Source of the DNA: Octopus bimaculoides
Lineage: Eukaryota
Direction: 5' to 3'
NCBI RefSeq assembly: GCF_001194135.2
Contig: NC_068981.1
Span: 115,839,045-115,903,044, forward strand
Length of the DNA: 64,000 nucleotides
The notes beneath the pieces were generated by a model. That model saw nothing but the letters and a program-made list of their open reading frames with translations. It did not search any database and was not told the origin of the DNA. Positions 24,690 through 38,318 of the stretch are shown here, one piece after another. A program made the position numbers and the translations under genes. Each line of letters starts with the position of its first letter. Position 1 is the stretch's first letter.

Positions 24690-25935
24690 ATATATATGTA
24701 AAAATATGTGACACTTATTCGGTAGCCATTATAAAACTCCGAGTTTCGGATCGGATGCCGGGGTGGGAACCCACATCAGCATCTCTTCAGTTAATTGTTT
24801 ATTATGTTCCTTTAGAGACAAAATTAATTTTCTAAGCCCAGTATTGTTGCATTTATTGTTATGTCTAAATGTAGAGTAATGATTAGATATTCTTTTCGAC
24901 AAGTGAGATAATGAATTACCTATGTAAAAAAAAAAAGACATCAGAACCGGAAGTAATCTGATATTGATAAACAGAGTTTCTAGTTTTAGAATTACTGTCA
25001 CAGAAACGGATACGATTCGAATTTATATCAGAAATATTAATATTGTTGTTATTATTGTTCAAAGACTGGTTAGCGTTAATAATATCAATGTTATTATTTT
25101 CATTAAGGGAATTTATATTTTAGAACTTATTGTTATGCGAAGAGATGATTTGTGAAAGGCTTTTGGTGTTTGAAAACCCTATCCTAATTCGGTGTCAATT
25201 GATAATAGAATGGTATCTTGAATTTTTTTGGAAATTCTTATCTATAGCTTCACGAAACTGGTCAGGGAGGTTGGATTTGATTTTCTTTATGAAATTATCA
25301 ACCAATCAGTTTTACTAGGACACACCTTGTTATTAGGGTAATTATCTTTAAAAGTCTTAGACTTATTTTTATTAAGTATAAAGGGATGTGAAGAACGGTT
25401 ATCTCCCTCACGCAGCAAAATTACATTTTTCGATTATTTTGTTGTTATTTGAACCAAGATTCATATTGTTATTACTGTTATGACATGTTTTCATAACCTG
25501 GTTAATAGAGGTAGAATTAATGTCAATAGGGTTAATATAGGTAATTTTTCTTTATTATAGCCTGCTTTAAGTAAGGCACAGTTATAAAATTCAGATTTAT
25601 CGTTGAAGATATCAACATTAGCAGATAATCTAGAAAGTCTAAGTGAAATATTTCTAAATAAATTCTTTGCATTAGCCTTCGAATAATTACTGAAAGAGCT
25701 AATATACTTTAAATTAGTTGCGGGTTTATGGTTTGGGAAAATGAATCATTATATAAGTTCAGGGTAATATACAAAAAGTTGACTTTAGTTACATCATCAT
25801 CGGAAATAATGTTTGAGCCCATGTTTCAAAAAAATTTAACTAACCTATTTTTAACTCTTTGTAATTTTTGGTTATTTGGTCAGAAACCTTTTGAAGGTAG
25901 AGTAGACAATCGTCACAATATAAACCTCCATTGAT
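24690..25935 (-). mobile_element. Penelope-like element relic (RT C-half, linker, GIY-YIG N-half, hammerhead-bearing end)
   Basis: Minus strand GGLYCDDCL, KVNFLYITLNL, LRLSRLSANVDIF..ALLKAGY, and FYIGNSLSHLSKRISNHYSTFR...NTGLRKLILSLKEHN. Confidence 0.78.
24730..24797 (-). ncRNA. Degenerate minimal hammerhead ribozyme motif (PLE-associated)
   Basis: Minus strand CTGAAGA-GATGCTG..CGGCATC-(5-nt duplication)-GAAA-CTCGGAGT-T shows the core words, a 7-bp stem II and a self-complementary stem III. Confidence 0.55.
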
Positions 25936-26350
25936 GTTTGGGAATTGCTCATACATATACATATGCATGTATATATGTGTGTATGTATGTATGTATGGAT
26001 GTATGTATGTATGTATGTATGTATGTATTCGTGTATGTGAGTGTGTATGTATGTGTGTCTATATGGATGAATAAGTCAATTGAATGAACATAGTTATTCC
26101 TAATGAAACAAGACTAAAAATTTTAAGACAATATAGGAATATAAGCAAATATATTGAACATCATATTCTTACTGAAATGTATGATTACAGAGAGTATTCT
26201 TTCAGTTGTTATAAACAAGCTAGTTTCTCATCGAGCACGTAATTAATTAAAGTGGAGTCTCCTTTTCAGAAATGTGAGCTGAATCAACTGGCCATAGTAT
26301 ATTTGCATACACATACATACATACATACATACATACATACATACATACAT

Positions 26351-26712
26351 ACCAGAATAACACACTATCTAAGTACCAGTCTTCAGAAATTAGGCTTCTC
26401 AAAACCAGAAATGAGAAAGCTGATTCAAGACTACAAACCCAAGCCGTACTGTAAAAATCTATGAAGCTTACCAAAAGTTCATCATTTTAACATACAAGCA
26501 AATATATAGACATGCAACTGTATGCCTGAGAATACAGACATAAAACAAAACGAACAAATCTCTACAGGCACGAACTGCAAATAATATACATGTACACACA
26601 TACATGCAAAAAAACCTTGATGTTGAAATTTTAATGAAGGAATCTTGGATCTAGGTTAGAAAACGACTCTTTCTCAATCAGTAAGATGTCTTGAAATAAA
26701 ACTGAATAATGA
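26351..26712 (+). mobile_element. 5'-truncated copy C of the (CATA)n-associated R4-clade LINE
   Basis: QKLGFSKPEMRKLI tail plus 3' UTR ending CTGAATAATGA|CATAC; (CATA)n on both sides. Confidence 0.85.
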
Positions 26713-26811
26713 CATACACACGTAGAATATACATAAATGCATACATACAGACGTAAATACATACATACATACATACATACATACATACATACACACATAC
26801 ATGCATACATA

Positions 26812-27167
26812 ATACGTTATTGGGACCCTGGGATATGTAACACACTGCCTAGATACCAATCTTGAGAAATTAAGCTTCTCAAAACCAGAAAGAAGAAAGC
26901 TAATTCGAAGACTACAGATCCAATCCACCACTGGAACTGTAGAAATCTGTAAAACTTTCCAGAGGTTTATCATTTAAATGTATATGATCATGTCTAGATA
27001 TGTAACTATATGCATGAGAATACATAAACCACACAAATCTGCACACATACATACATAATACATACATACATACATACATGCATATAACAATGAAGGAACC
27101 TTAGGTCTAGGTTAGAAACCGGTTCTTCCTCTATTGGCAAGAAATCTTGAGATGAACTGAATAACGA
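26812..27167 (+). mobile_element. 5'-truncated copy D of the (CATA)n-associated R4-clade LINE
   Basis: VIGTLGYVTHCL..EKLSFSKPERRKLIRRLQIQSTTGTVEICKTF plus 3' UTR ending CTGAATAACGA|CATAC. Confidence 0.88.
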
Positions 27168-27879
27168 CATACATACGTACATATATGCATACATACATAT
27201 ATACATACATACATACATACATACATACATTNNNNNNNNNNNNNNNNNNNNNNNNNNNNNNNNNNNNNNNNNNNNNNNNNNNNNNNNNNNNNNNNNNNNN
27301 NNNNNNNNNNNNNNNNNNNNNNNNNNNNNNNNNNNNNNNNNNNNNNNNNNNNNNNNNNNNNNNNNNNNNNNNNNNNNNNNNNNNNNNNNNNNGTACATAT
27401 ATGCATACATACATATATACATACATACATACATACATACATACATTGCAATAACTATTGATCTCACAAAAACAAGTGAAGAATGCAAAGTACTGAAATC
27501 ACAGCTTGCACCCAAAGTTCAAACAGAACTTCACTACTTAAAAAATGACATGATAGTTAAAATGAATAGGAGGGAATTTGAACGATCGGGTTGTTGATGG
27601 AGAGGAATGGTCAGTGGTACAAAGACGAAACTAGGACATTTGTGATAAAAGTGAGTAACTCTTACTATGAATATGAATAAAAATGTCACAAGTTATTAAA
27701 AGTCGCAGATAATTAACATTTCTTAAAAACGCTCCAAGGGGAAATTTATATCAGAAGAAATAATGCAGCTAACGAAGTATGGGACCTCCATTGCAGAAGG
27801 GTATGTGAATTAAATGAACAGAGTTAAACATAAAAATGTAAAAATGGGAAGGAATTAAAGTTAATGCAAATATCAATTG

Positions 27880-28170
27880 CAAAGCATAAAAAAAAAGAAG
27901 AAGAAAAGACAAATCATTTACTGCATTACATGTCACATGTTGTGAGAATTATATCGGCCAAAATGGATCAAAATTAAGAGACTGCGATAGGGTCCATATA
28001 CAAAAAGTCAAAGAATATATTCTTAGAATGGTTCCATGAACATTGAGACGTTTGTGGAAATAGAAATTTCAAAAGACTCCCTTTCTAAAGTAAAGGAAGA
28101 GTATAATCAACAACGAAAGCCAAAAGAATACTTCATAATAATTCTAAATCTGAAACTAAAGAGGAATTAG
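27880..28170 (+). mobile_element. Penelope-like GIY-YIG endonuclease relic (second subfamily)
   Basis: IYCITC..CENYIGQNGSKLRDCDRVHIQK...CGNRNFKRLPF..KEYFI resembles the IYCITCxxCxxxYIGQT PLE signature. Confidence 0.6.
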
Positions 28171-28943
28171 TCAGCATCCCCTATAGAAATAACACCTGTA
28201 TACGGCGTACCTCATAACACATATGGTTGAAAAGTAGTAAACAGCGAAAAACGCTTAACAGAACATGAAAATGGCCTTCATAAGGTTTGTGGATATATCT
28301 CAAGAACTTTATATAAAAACGTTTTATTATATATATATATATNNNNNNNNNNNNNNNNNNNNNNNNNNNNNNNNNNNNNNNNNNNNNNNNNNNNNNNNNN
28401 NNNNNNNNNNNNNNNNNNNNNNNNNNNNNNNNNNNNNNNNNNNNNNNNNNNNNNNNNNNNNNNNNNNNNNNNNNNNNNNNNNNNNNNNNNNNNNNNNNNN
28501 NNNNNNNNNNNNNNNNNNNNNNNNNNNNNNNNNNNNNNNNNNNNNNNNNNNNNNNNNNNNNNNNNNNNNNNNNNNNNNNNNNNNNNNNNNNNNNNNNNNN
28601 NNNNNNNNNNNNNNNNNNNNNNNNNNNNNNNNNNNNNNNNNNNNNNNNNNNNNNNNNNNNNNNNNNNNNNNNNNNNNNNNNNNNNNNNNNNNNNNNNNNN
28701 NNNNNNNNNNNNNNNNNNNNNNNNNNNNNNNNNNNNNNNNNNNNNNNNNNNNNNNNNNNNNNNNNNNNNNNNNNNNNNNNNNNNNNNNNNNNNNNNNNNN
28801 NNNNNNNNNNNNNNNNNNNNNNNNNNNNNNNNNNNNNNNNNNNNNNNNNNNNNNNNNNNNNNNNNNNNNNNNNNNNNNNNNNNNNNNNNNNNNNNNNNNN
28901 NNNNNNNNNNNNNNNNNNNNNNNNNNNNNNNNNNNNNNNNNNN

Positions 28944-28959
28944 GACGCTCTTCCGATCT
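28944..28959 (+). other. Illumina adapter remnant (assembly artefact)
   Basis: GACGCTCTTCCGATCT directly at a gap edge is the 3' end of the Illumina read-1 primer/adapter. Confidence 0.93.
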
Positions 28960-29179
28960 ATGTATAGATATATAGATAGATAAATTGAGAGATAGATAGA
29001 TAGATAAATAGACAGATAGATAGATAGCGGAATAGCCGGCAAGATTCAGAGAGTTTCGGTGTATAATTTGCCGCACTGGATGTTATATGGATGGAAGTAT
29101 AAAATGCACGTATGCGAATGTCTGCACCCATGCATTCATGTATGCCAATGCATTATATACTTACATGTGCATGTCAGTG

Positions 29180-30671
29180 GACGAGGTAGAAGATGAGCGA
29201 AAACCTGTATGTTGAAGGCATTTAGGGATAATGGAATAAAAAGAGGTAGAGGAAGGAGTAATATCAAAAGAAATTGAGGTGAAAAGATGAAGAAAGAAGA
29301 GGAAAAAGAAGAAAAAGGAGGAGAAGAAGAAGAACAACAACAACAAAACAAGAACAGCAACAAGAACAACAGAAACAACAAGAATTCTGTTGCTGTTGAC
29401 GAAGTTGATGATTGTGTAATATCCAAAGGAAGAAAGAGAGAGCGATATGTAGAAATTAGGAAGTAAGACTGAGGAAGGAAGGAGTAGAAGTAAGAGGAAG
29501 GAAATTAAGAACAAGGGAAGTGATACGAGGTTAAAAAAGAAACATTCATTTCATTGTATAGTGTTGATGGTGGTGGTGGTGGTGGTTTGCTGATGGCGGT
29601 GGTGACGACCAGAGTTTATGGCGATAGTATGGTGTTCGTGGTTGTGATGTTTTTGCTGTTGCTGATGGAGACCGTGGTAGTGATGGCGATAATGATCGTG
29701 TACATATGTATGTGTATGCGAGCGTACAAGAGTGAATGTGTCGGTGTGTATGTGTGTGTGTATGCATGTTTGTGTGTATGTAAAAATACAAATAAATAAA
29801 TAAGAGCCTTCGACTAAAGAAGACCGATTTTAATCTGAAGAGATAGACTGAAGTATTTCCAAAGCAAAGCATCAAAGCAGTGTGCTTCCGGCATTTTCTA
29901 GCGCGATCCACTAACAATTGCTAGCACGTAGACTCTCACATTTTCTAGCAAAAGGTTCCTTTCCTGTCCCCCAATGTTTTCATTGAATGCAGTAATATAT
30001 ATTTTTTAAAAATTATATATGTCTGATTATTTTATTTTATTTATTTCGATTATATGTGCATATTATATGTATGTATATATTGCTTTTTGAATATATATAT
30101 ATATATATATATGCATAATCACACACACAAATACGTACATACATGTATATGCGTATATACAGATTAAATACATACATACACATGTCTGTATATCTGTACT
30201 CGCCACAAAGAAACTTTATGTATTCGACTAAGAAAATAAAATATGGAAAATCTTCAGAATACTGTATATATATATATATATATATATNNNNNNNNNNNNN
30301 NNNNNNNNNNNNNNNNNNNNNNNNNNNNNNNNNNNNNNNNNNNNNNNNNNNNNNNNNNNNNNNNNNNNNNNNNNNNNNNNNNNNNNNNNNNNNNNNNNNN
30401 NNNNNNNNNNNNNNNNNNNNNNNNNNNNNNNNNNNNNNNNNNNNNNNNNNNNNNNNNNNNNNNNNNNNNNNNNNNNNNNNNNNNNNNNNNNNNNNNNNNN
30501 NNNNNNNNNNNNNNNNNNNNNNNNNNNNNNNNNNNNNNNNNNNNNNNNNNNNNNNNNNNNNNNNNNNNNNNNNNNNNNNNNNNNNNNNNNNNNNNNNNNN
30601 NNNNNNNNNNNNNNNNNNNNNNNNNNNNNNNNNNNNNNNNNNNNNNNNNNNNNNNNNNNNNNNNNNNNNNN

Positions 30672-30702
<31 letters not shown>

Positions 30703-30719
30703 CATATATATACATACAA

Positions 30720-30799
<80 letters not shown>

Positions 30800-31690
30800 G
30801 CGAAAGGCTTTTAAAAATAACAATAATAACAGTAGCAGCAAAATAACGGTATACATGAGTTTTGGAACAGCAGAAGACAGTAGTAACAGCAAGAAAAATA
30901 ACAGTGACAACAGTAAAGAACTGGGATTGTTGGGATAGGATCAACGTATCCTGCACGCAATACCATTTCTCCTCAACATCAACATCGCCATCGTCATCAT
31001 CATACCTTTATTTTAATCATGACCTTCATAACCGTCACCATAATTGTCATTCCGTCATCGCAACCATTATCCTACCTTATATCGCCACCTTATGATGATG
31101 ATGACGACGATGATGATGATCATGCATCATCCTCATCATCCTCATCGTTACTGTCATCGTCATCATTGTTTTTGATCTCCTGCATCATGGACATCATCAT
31201 CATTACCGTAATCTTAACCTTAATCATGGTCATGTGATTGATGTCTATAGAAATACCCTAATATTACTCATCCTGCTGCTTCTCGTCCTCCTCCCCTTTC
31301 ATTTTCCCCTTCTCCTCTATATCCTCTTCATCATCATTGTCATCATCATCATCATTATGAACAGCTGTAACAGCACAACAGGAGTATCAAAAATGACGCT
31401 TCTAAAGTGGTGGCTATCAGCATCATCAATATTATTACTGTCATTATCGCTGTCATCGTCATTGACGTTGTCGTCATCGTCGTCTTCGTCACCGTCGTCA
31501 TCATCATCTTCCATTTTCATTAATCTCCTTCCCCCTCCTCCTCTCATCATTTTCACATAAGCTTTTTCAATAGCTGCATCGTTATCATTAACATTGATAT
31601 CATCATCATATCGTTCTCTCTACTTCCATAACTGTCAATACAACACAGCCTCATCCTCATCGTTGCCCTCACAGCATTTACAAACTAAAT
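29180..31690. repeat. Mosaic low-complexity region (GAA/CAA/GGT/CAT trinucleotides, AT/AC dinucleotides, gap)
   Basis: Directly visible. Confidence 0.85.
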
Positions 31691-32905
31691 TATTATCTCT
31701 GACGCGAAGTTCATTTTGAAAGTGAATCCTGTTTCATTTCTCCGTTGCAATACAAGAGTTTCACTTCACTTCATATTCTTTATGTTAGTAAAGCTGGTGG
31801 AAATATCAGAATACACGCTTCTGTTTTCCTCTCTTTATAAATATCAATAATATTTCAGTTTTCAAGAAGACATTTACAAAATGCTTGGCAAAATTTATGC
31901 GAAAATACTTTAGAACCTTTGTACCGTTTTGTTGAAGACTAGTTTGGATGATTTAAGGAAGATTCAACTTTCTGGTGACTGTCTAAGTCGGTTCTCAGAC
32001 ATGTATAACACTGGGTGGTGAGTTACTAATCAGAGACAAACATAGATGCAATCGCTGGGCTGTTGTTATCCAGTGATCAGAGGAAGATATTAATTCCAGT
32101 TACGTGATTTCAATGCTGCCTGTCTTAATTGCGATTTGACCTGGTTGCACGCTGTCATTACGTTGCGATTGTTTTCCGAAGTTTATTATCGGTCAAGCAA
32201 TTTAATTCAATTTAAAACAAATAGTTAACACATAGCTAATCTATATAGCACCGTAGCTTTATATTTTCTCTAACTGGCTAAAGGAAAAGCTTCACCATTG
32301 TCACTCGATCCGCTTTGAAAACTCTTTAAATCGACTTCAGATCTCAATAACATCTTCAATAAGGGTAACGTCATATTGAAATTATAAAACATAAGACGGG
32401 ATGGTTATGGTTGGAATACCTTTGACCATACGTCTATTTTATAATTACAACCTAAAGCTAAACGTCAATAATAACAATAACAACAACAGCTGCAGCAGTA
32501 TCAAACAATAAGAGGGCGTACGAAATGTTATCTTGTATTCATAGAAATGTAAACTGAGTTAGCGAGGGTTAAAGGGTCTAGACATGAATAATACAAAGTT
32601 CCGGCAATAGACTATACAGTCTATTAACCTTGTGATCTGTAATTTAACACCCAGCTGATTTGGCCAGCTGAGACTCTCGAATCCAAAATAACCTTTGTGA
32701 AGGATGTTGTAGAAGTTATAACTGGAATCTGTTATATTAAAAGAAAGTAAAAGCGAAAATTGAAGAAAACGAGTTTAAGTTAAACATAAATACAAAGAAA
32801 TATGTTTCTTAGATTGGTATGAAAAACAGTGTCTCTTTATTTGCAAGCAAACGCACAAGCACACACAAACATATGCATTATGCATGTATATATATTTTCT
32901 CAAGC

Positions 32906-32963
<58 letters not shown>

Positions 32964-32970
32964 TAATAAT

Positions 32971-33310
32971 AGAGTGGAAAACCAAATTGTACTCAAGTAA
33001 TGTATTCCTTGGAGAAGTTAATATTAAAAGGGGAATCTTCTTAGGTGGCTCGTTTTCTGTGTTACTATTTGTAATTGCATTAAGCCCATAACAGTGACAC
33101 TTAAGAAAGTTAAGATGGGTTACCGATGTGGGAAGAAAGGCCCATTGTTGAACCATTTTTTGTTCATAGATGGCCTGAAATTGTTTGGGAAATCTGAAAA
33201 ACATAGATTCCTTAACCAAAACAGTCCAGAAGTGTGGTAGGGACATCGGTATGGAATTTGGGATTACCAAATGCTCCATACTTAATATGAAACGAGGGAA
33301 GAAAGCAGCC
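32971..33310 (+). mobile_element. Dong-like (R4 clade) RT fragment abutting (AAT)n
   Basis: EVNIKRGIFLGGSFSVLLFVIALSP, LNHFLFIDGLKLFGKSE and DIGMEFGITKCSILNMKRGK (RT domains 4-7). Begins immediately after about 20 AAT units. Confidence 0.8.
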
Positions 33311-33325
33311 TGATGATGGTAATTA

Positions 33326-33381
<56 letters not shown>

Positions 33382-33729
33382 ATGGTAATAAGACTAATTC
33401 AGCAGCAGCAACTACAACCGTTGAATGTGCAACAATGATAACGATGAAAAGGACAGCCATCGTGGCTACAGAAGATAGTCAGAATAATGAAAATAACAAC
33501 ACAGCAACAGCACCATAAGTAACAACGCAGATTACAGCAACAATACTAGTGATAATGATAGTGGTGGCAGAGGTAGTGGTAACAACAACAACAACAACAA
33601 CAATAATAACACACCAAACATGAAGTTGGTTACTATCCTTCCACTAATGAGGATTATGTGTAATGACGAATAACCACTCCTTGCCAGTAAGGTTAAAATG
33701 GAAAGGGCCCAAATGAAAACGCAAACCAC

Positions 33730-35550
33730 GTGTAAGTAACAGAGCATCGGTCTTCCCGTGAGTCATCAAGGACCGTATTCCTCAGTGGGCAAACGAGCTG
33801 AGGTCAAAAAATTGGTGTCTAGGTAACACTCCTTTGAAGATTGATCCGAGGAATCGTGATCGCTGACATTGCAAATCGAACACCAACATTAGTTGGTGTA
33901 TTCAAAGAATTAGAAATATATGGATACGCGAAGTATATAAACAGGTTGTATCAACACTGAATAAACCAGAAAGAAAGATCACTGAGTGATGCTGAAACAA
34001 TGTCGGAAGTAACGCTTGGGAATATGTAATCCGAAACAAATTAGCAAATGTACATAGTGACATCAAGCGTATCCGTAGACTTACTCATGCTGAAATAGAA
34101 ATTATCAAAATTACTGTTAGCACTAGTATAAATGATGACAATGAAGAGTAGAAATTAACAACGTGAATTTAGAGGGAATACTATAGTTAATAAAGCACAA
34201 CATCAAGTTGGATCATGCGCCGGAATATGAAGCCCATCAAAAGCAAAATAATGCACCAAAACCTGAAGGCCTTCATGAATTAGAAACCAATTTACTAGCT
34301 TTGTTTACAGAAGACGACATTGACAAAATTCAAGACGCAAAAGTGACAACAAACATGAATACAATATCTCACAACATCCAGAAATGAACAGCTACCTAAA
34401 TTCCAAGCGAACAAGTCTAGCCTACTTGTTATAAAAGTTTATGACTACACCTTAAAAGAAATTCTTGCAGAGTTTAAATGCGGCTTGACTTCATTAAATT
34501 ATCTCATATATGCAGCATCATACGCAACTTCTAAGGAAACAGGTATCACAATAAAGAAAAGGGGTCCCCCAAAAGATCAAACAAAACAACCAACATCCAT
34601 AGGTTTGATAAGAGAAGTAACTTCTACAGACAAAACAAAACATTCAGAACGGAAGCAAAAAAAAAAAAAAATTACAGAGAACTTTGAAAGCAAACATCAG
34701 AAATTCAGGACCCGCTTGAAATGCATGAAGTAGAAACGTTCAGGAACAGTATATGAAATAATAACAGGGAATTTAATGAAATGTCTGAACGGATCACAAG
34801 AGATGAACAAAAAGTGGTGAAATGTACAAGATCAAATTGGGGAAGATATTTCTGTCAAGGAACTGAAAGAAGCTTTGTGAAAAGCTCGTAAATGGAAATC
34901 TCCCGGGCATGATATGATACAAAAGTTTTTGTTGAATACCCTGACAACATCAGATGCAAAGATCAACTTCTGATTGACCGAATGATAGTTGAAAACTGGT
35001 CCTCTATAATCTTAGTACAGCTTCGATATCACAAGGCATTCAATAGGGTCCCTCCCTCGTGGATCGCAAAAGCTCTGGACTTGTATAAAATATCACCATA
35101 AAGATTTTCTTTGTCAAAGTATGGGTGCGTGGTACATAAAATTGTACTTTGACCATAATAAAGGCATAAGTACATCTGGCAACCAACGTATATTCCAAGG
35201 AGATTCGTTGTCGCCATTAGTCTTATGCTTAAAACTTATATCTCTGTCACATGAACCGAACATGCACAATATGAATACAAAATCTTCGATAGAATCATCT
35301 CACACTTCTTTCATGTGGATTGCCTCGAGCTATATGCAAAGAATGATAATAATCTGGAGGGATTACTAACAACTGTGAACAGTTTTAGTAGCAATATTAA
35401 CATAAACTTTGGCTTGGATAAGTGCACCGAGAAAACTCATTTCTGTATAGTCCATTACACTAAATGACAACACTGTTATCTATTAGAGCAGAAATAGAGC
35501 ATACAAATATCTGGAAATAAATGAAAGTGTGTGTTCGAGCACATGGTAAG
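33730..35550 (+). mobile_element. Decayed R4-clade LINE (N-terminal region plus RT), 3'-truncated
   Basis: KLANVHSDIKRIRRLTHAEIEIIK, KWKSPGHDMIQ, KAFNRVPPSWI, IFQGDSLSPL, LYAKNDNNLEGLL and FGLDKC in shifting frames. Confidence 0.78.
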
Positions 35551-36120
35551 ATCTTCGTATTACTGGGTAGCATTACTTCGATGAAATGTGTTACGTAAAC
35601 ATGTATATAAGTAGCTGCGTATATATGTTTACTTTGTCTTAATACTCGATCACTATCTCTGTTTGAGTCGTCATCTAGTATTCAGTGATAGAATATTTCC
35701 AAGGATATCTACGACTTGGTCACTAAATTTCAAATCAATTGCATTTGTTATTGTTAATACTATTACATCTCTTACTATTGTACACTCTCACATCCTGGAT
35801 AGGCTGTCATATATTATATATATATACGTATATATATATATATATATATATNNNNNNNNNNNNNNNNNNNNNNNNNNNNNNNNNNNNNNNNNNNNNNNNN
35901 NNNNNNNNNNNNNNNNNNNNNNNNNNNNNNNNNNNNNNNNNNNNNNNNNNNNNNNNNNNNNNNNNNNNNNNNNNNNNNNNNNNNNNNNNNNNNNNNNNNN
36001 NNNNNNNNNNNNNNNNNNNNNNNNNNNNNNNNNNNNNNNNNTATATATATATATATATACACATATACATATATACACGTATATATATGTATATATATAA
36101 GAGTGAGAGAGAGAGAGAGA

Positions 36121-36157
<37 letters not shown>

Positions 36158-38260
36158 GTATATATATAATATATGATATATATGTGCATGCATATATGAA
36201 TGTGTATGTTTATATGTATGTATGTTTGTATGTATGTATGTATGTATCTATGTATGAATTGAAATATTATGTATTCGATATATTATATATTCGATATAGA
36301 AATGCATTGCTTAAAGTTTCACAAGAGTGAGAAAAAAATTCACGAACATTTGGTTTCTTGGATCCGAACCAAGCACACGATCAACGAGAGTTTTTTTTTA
36401 TTATTGTTTCACCCATTTAAGATTTGTATGAAATGAATTAGCTTCAAGCGATTGACGAAACTGAATTGGTGACTAGCCAGGAAAAAAAAAATGAACATTG
36501 CCACCATATCTGTACTTCTGAAATATTTTATTATCTTCAGTCGGCTTTCCCTGATGACGATGATGACAAGAGCAACAATGGCAACAACAACGACGTGACA
36601 CAACATGGACAACCACAACAACATCATCAACAAAAAGAAAAACCAGGACAGCTATCTTATTGAATACCACCTTTAATCTCGATCAAGATAAAGTGGTTGT
36701 AAAAACGACAAGATAATGTTGACATACAAGTGTGTTGAATTCTCGTTGGGGATTTTTAATGAAGTAGATGCTATCTGCAAATTTATTGCTGTTAGCTAAT
36801 TGAACATATCAACACCTTTAGTGATTCTGTATACATACACATGTGTAGCACATCCTCCAACAACTGACTAACACTAAATCTCCATACTCAGGGAAAAAGA
36901 AACTGACAAAACAATAAATATGTGTGTGTGTATACACACATACATTTGTGTATATATGTGTATATGTGTACATGGAAATTTTTCTTCTAGTTACCACATA
37001 CACATGCATACACGCACTCACACGTGTGTATGTGTTTATGTGTGAATCTGTTAATGTCTTTTCATAACTTAATACAGACTGATGAACGTTTTCTATTTCA
37101 AGGGAAACTTAATGCACCACGGTTCGGTTTCGATTCTTATCTATTACTGTTGCAGTTAATTTACTTTACAAAGTTAATGTAGTTGAGAAATATATATTAT
37201 TTCACATCATCTCATAAAGCTCAGGCCATTAGATGAGTATTTTGGCTGCTTGCATGTATTTCAAATGAACACAGTAAAAACTTCTTCAAATCACTTAGCT
37301 CACCCATAGGAAATCCCGAATATTCCTCTTCCTATTCTGTTTCTTCCTCTTGAAATATTGATATATACTAAAATTGTGATGACAGACCTGAACTTCTGAC
37401 GAAGCTGATTCTGTGACTAACACAATTCCTACTTTTGGCTATCTCTATGTCATCACTAAAGCACATAAGAATGGCACGGACGTCATGCAACTACAATTCG
37501 TGAACCTACAATGAAGTCACAATACATTTACTTTTTCTGTTAGAAATAGAAATGAAATCCCTTTCAAATTATTCACTACCGGGTTAAAATTAGAAGGTCA
37601 TATTTTGGAATGTAGCCTTAAATACACAATCGAAAATCTAGACAGGATTACACTATTAGAATACTGTTAATCATAGCTCTCCTCAATGTCAGTGCTGGGT
37701 AGAGGCCAAAACAACAACAATCAGCTAAATCCAAGATAGATTATGCTATTGATGAATTGGCAATAAATGTTAAACAATCTCATTCATTAACTTCTCAGAG
37801 TCTCTTAGCCTTGTGTTTATGTCAGAAGCAATCGTGTAAACATTTCGTAAGGATATGATAACGTTATAACATTGATGTTCTTGTGAGAGAAGAAATAAAT
37901 TTTCCAATCACGAATATTGATTCTTAAGATTTCAAGATTTTATAAACAAACAACTCTCTTATTCACTAATGATATCTTTCAGGTAGAAAGATCGTATTTC
38001 AGTCTGCACATTTTCATTATGACCTTCCATGACTCAGTTCGGCTATAAGTGAGAAATTCTTTTCAATACATTTCAGGATATCAGATATGCCAATGAATAA
38101 GATATGAAAGTTACATTGAAAATGCATAATGGTCCAAGGGATTATTTTACGCATGTTAGCAGTTGCATGAAGTATTTAAAATTTCTCTCGAGCTAGTAGA
38201 TGGATAGATACAGAAAGTAAGACGGGAAGTTCGGAGATAAGCAAGACATGAGTAAAACAA

Positions 38261-38318
<58 letters not shown>

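Noticed and set aside
26300-27450. CRISPR-like repeat-spacer array
   Set aside because: Eukaryotic context. The repeats are variable-length microsatellites and the spacers are homologous LINE 3' ends; there are no cas genes.
33740-33815. HDV-like ribozyme at the 5' end of the R4 relic
   Set aside because: Only two simple hairpins are visible; the nested double-pseudoknot pairing could not be assembled.
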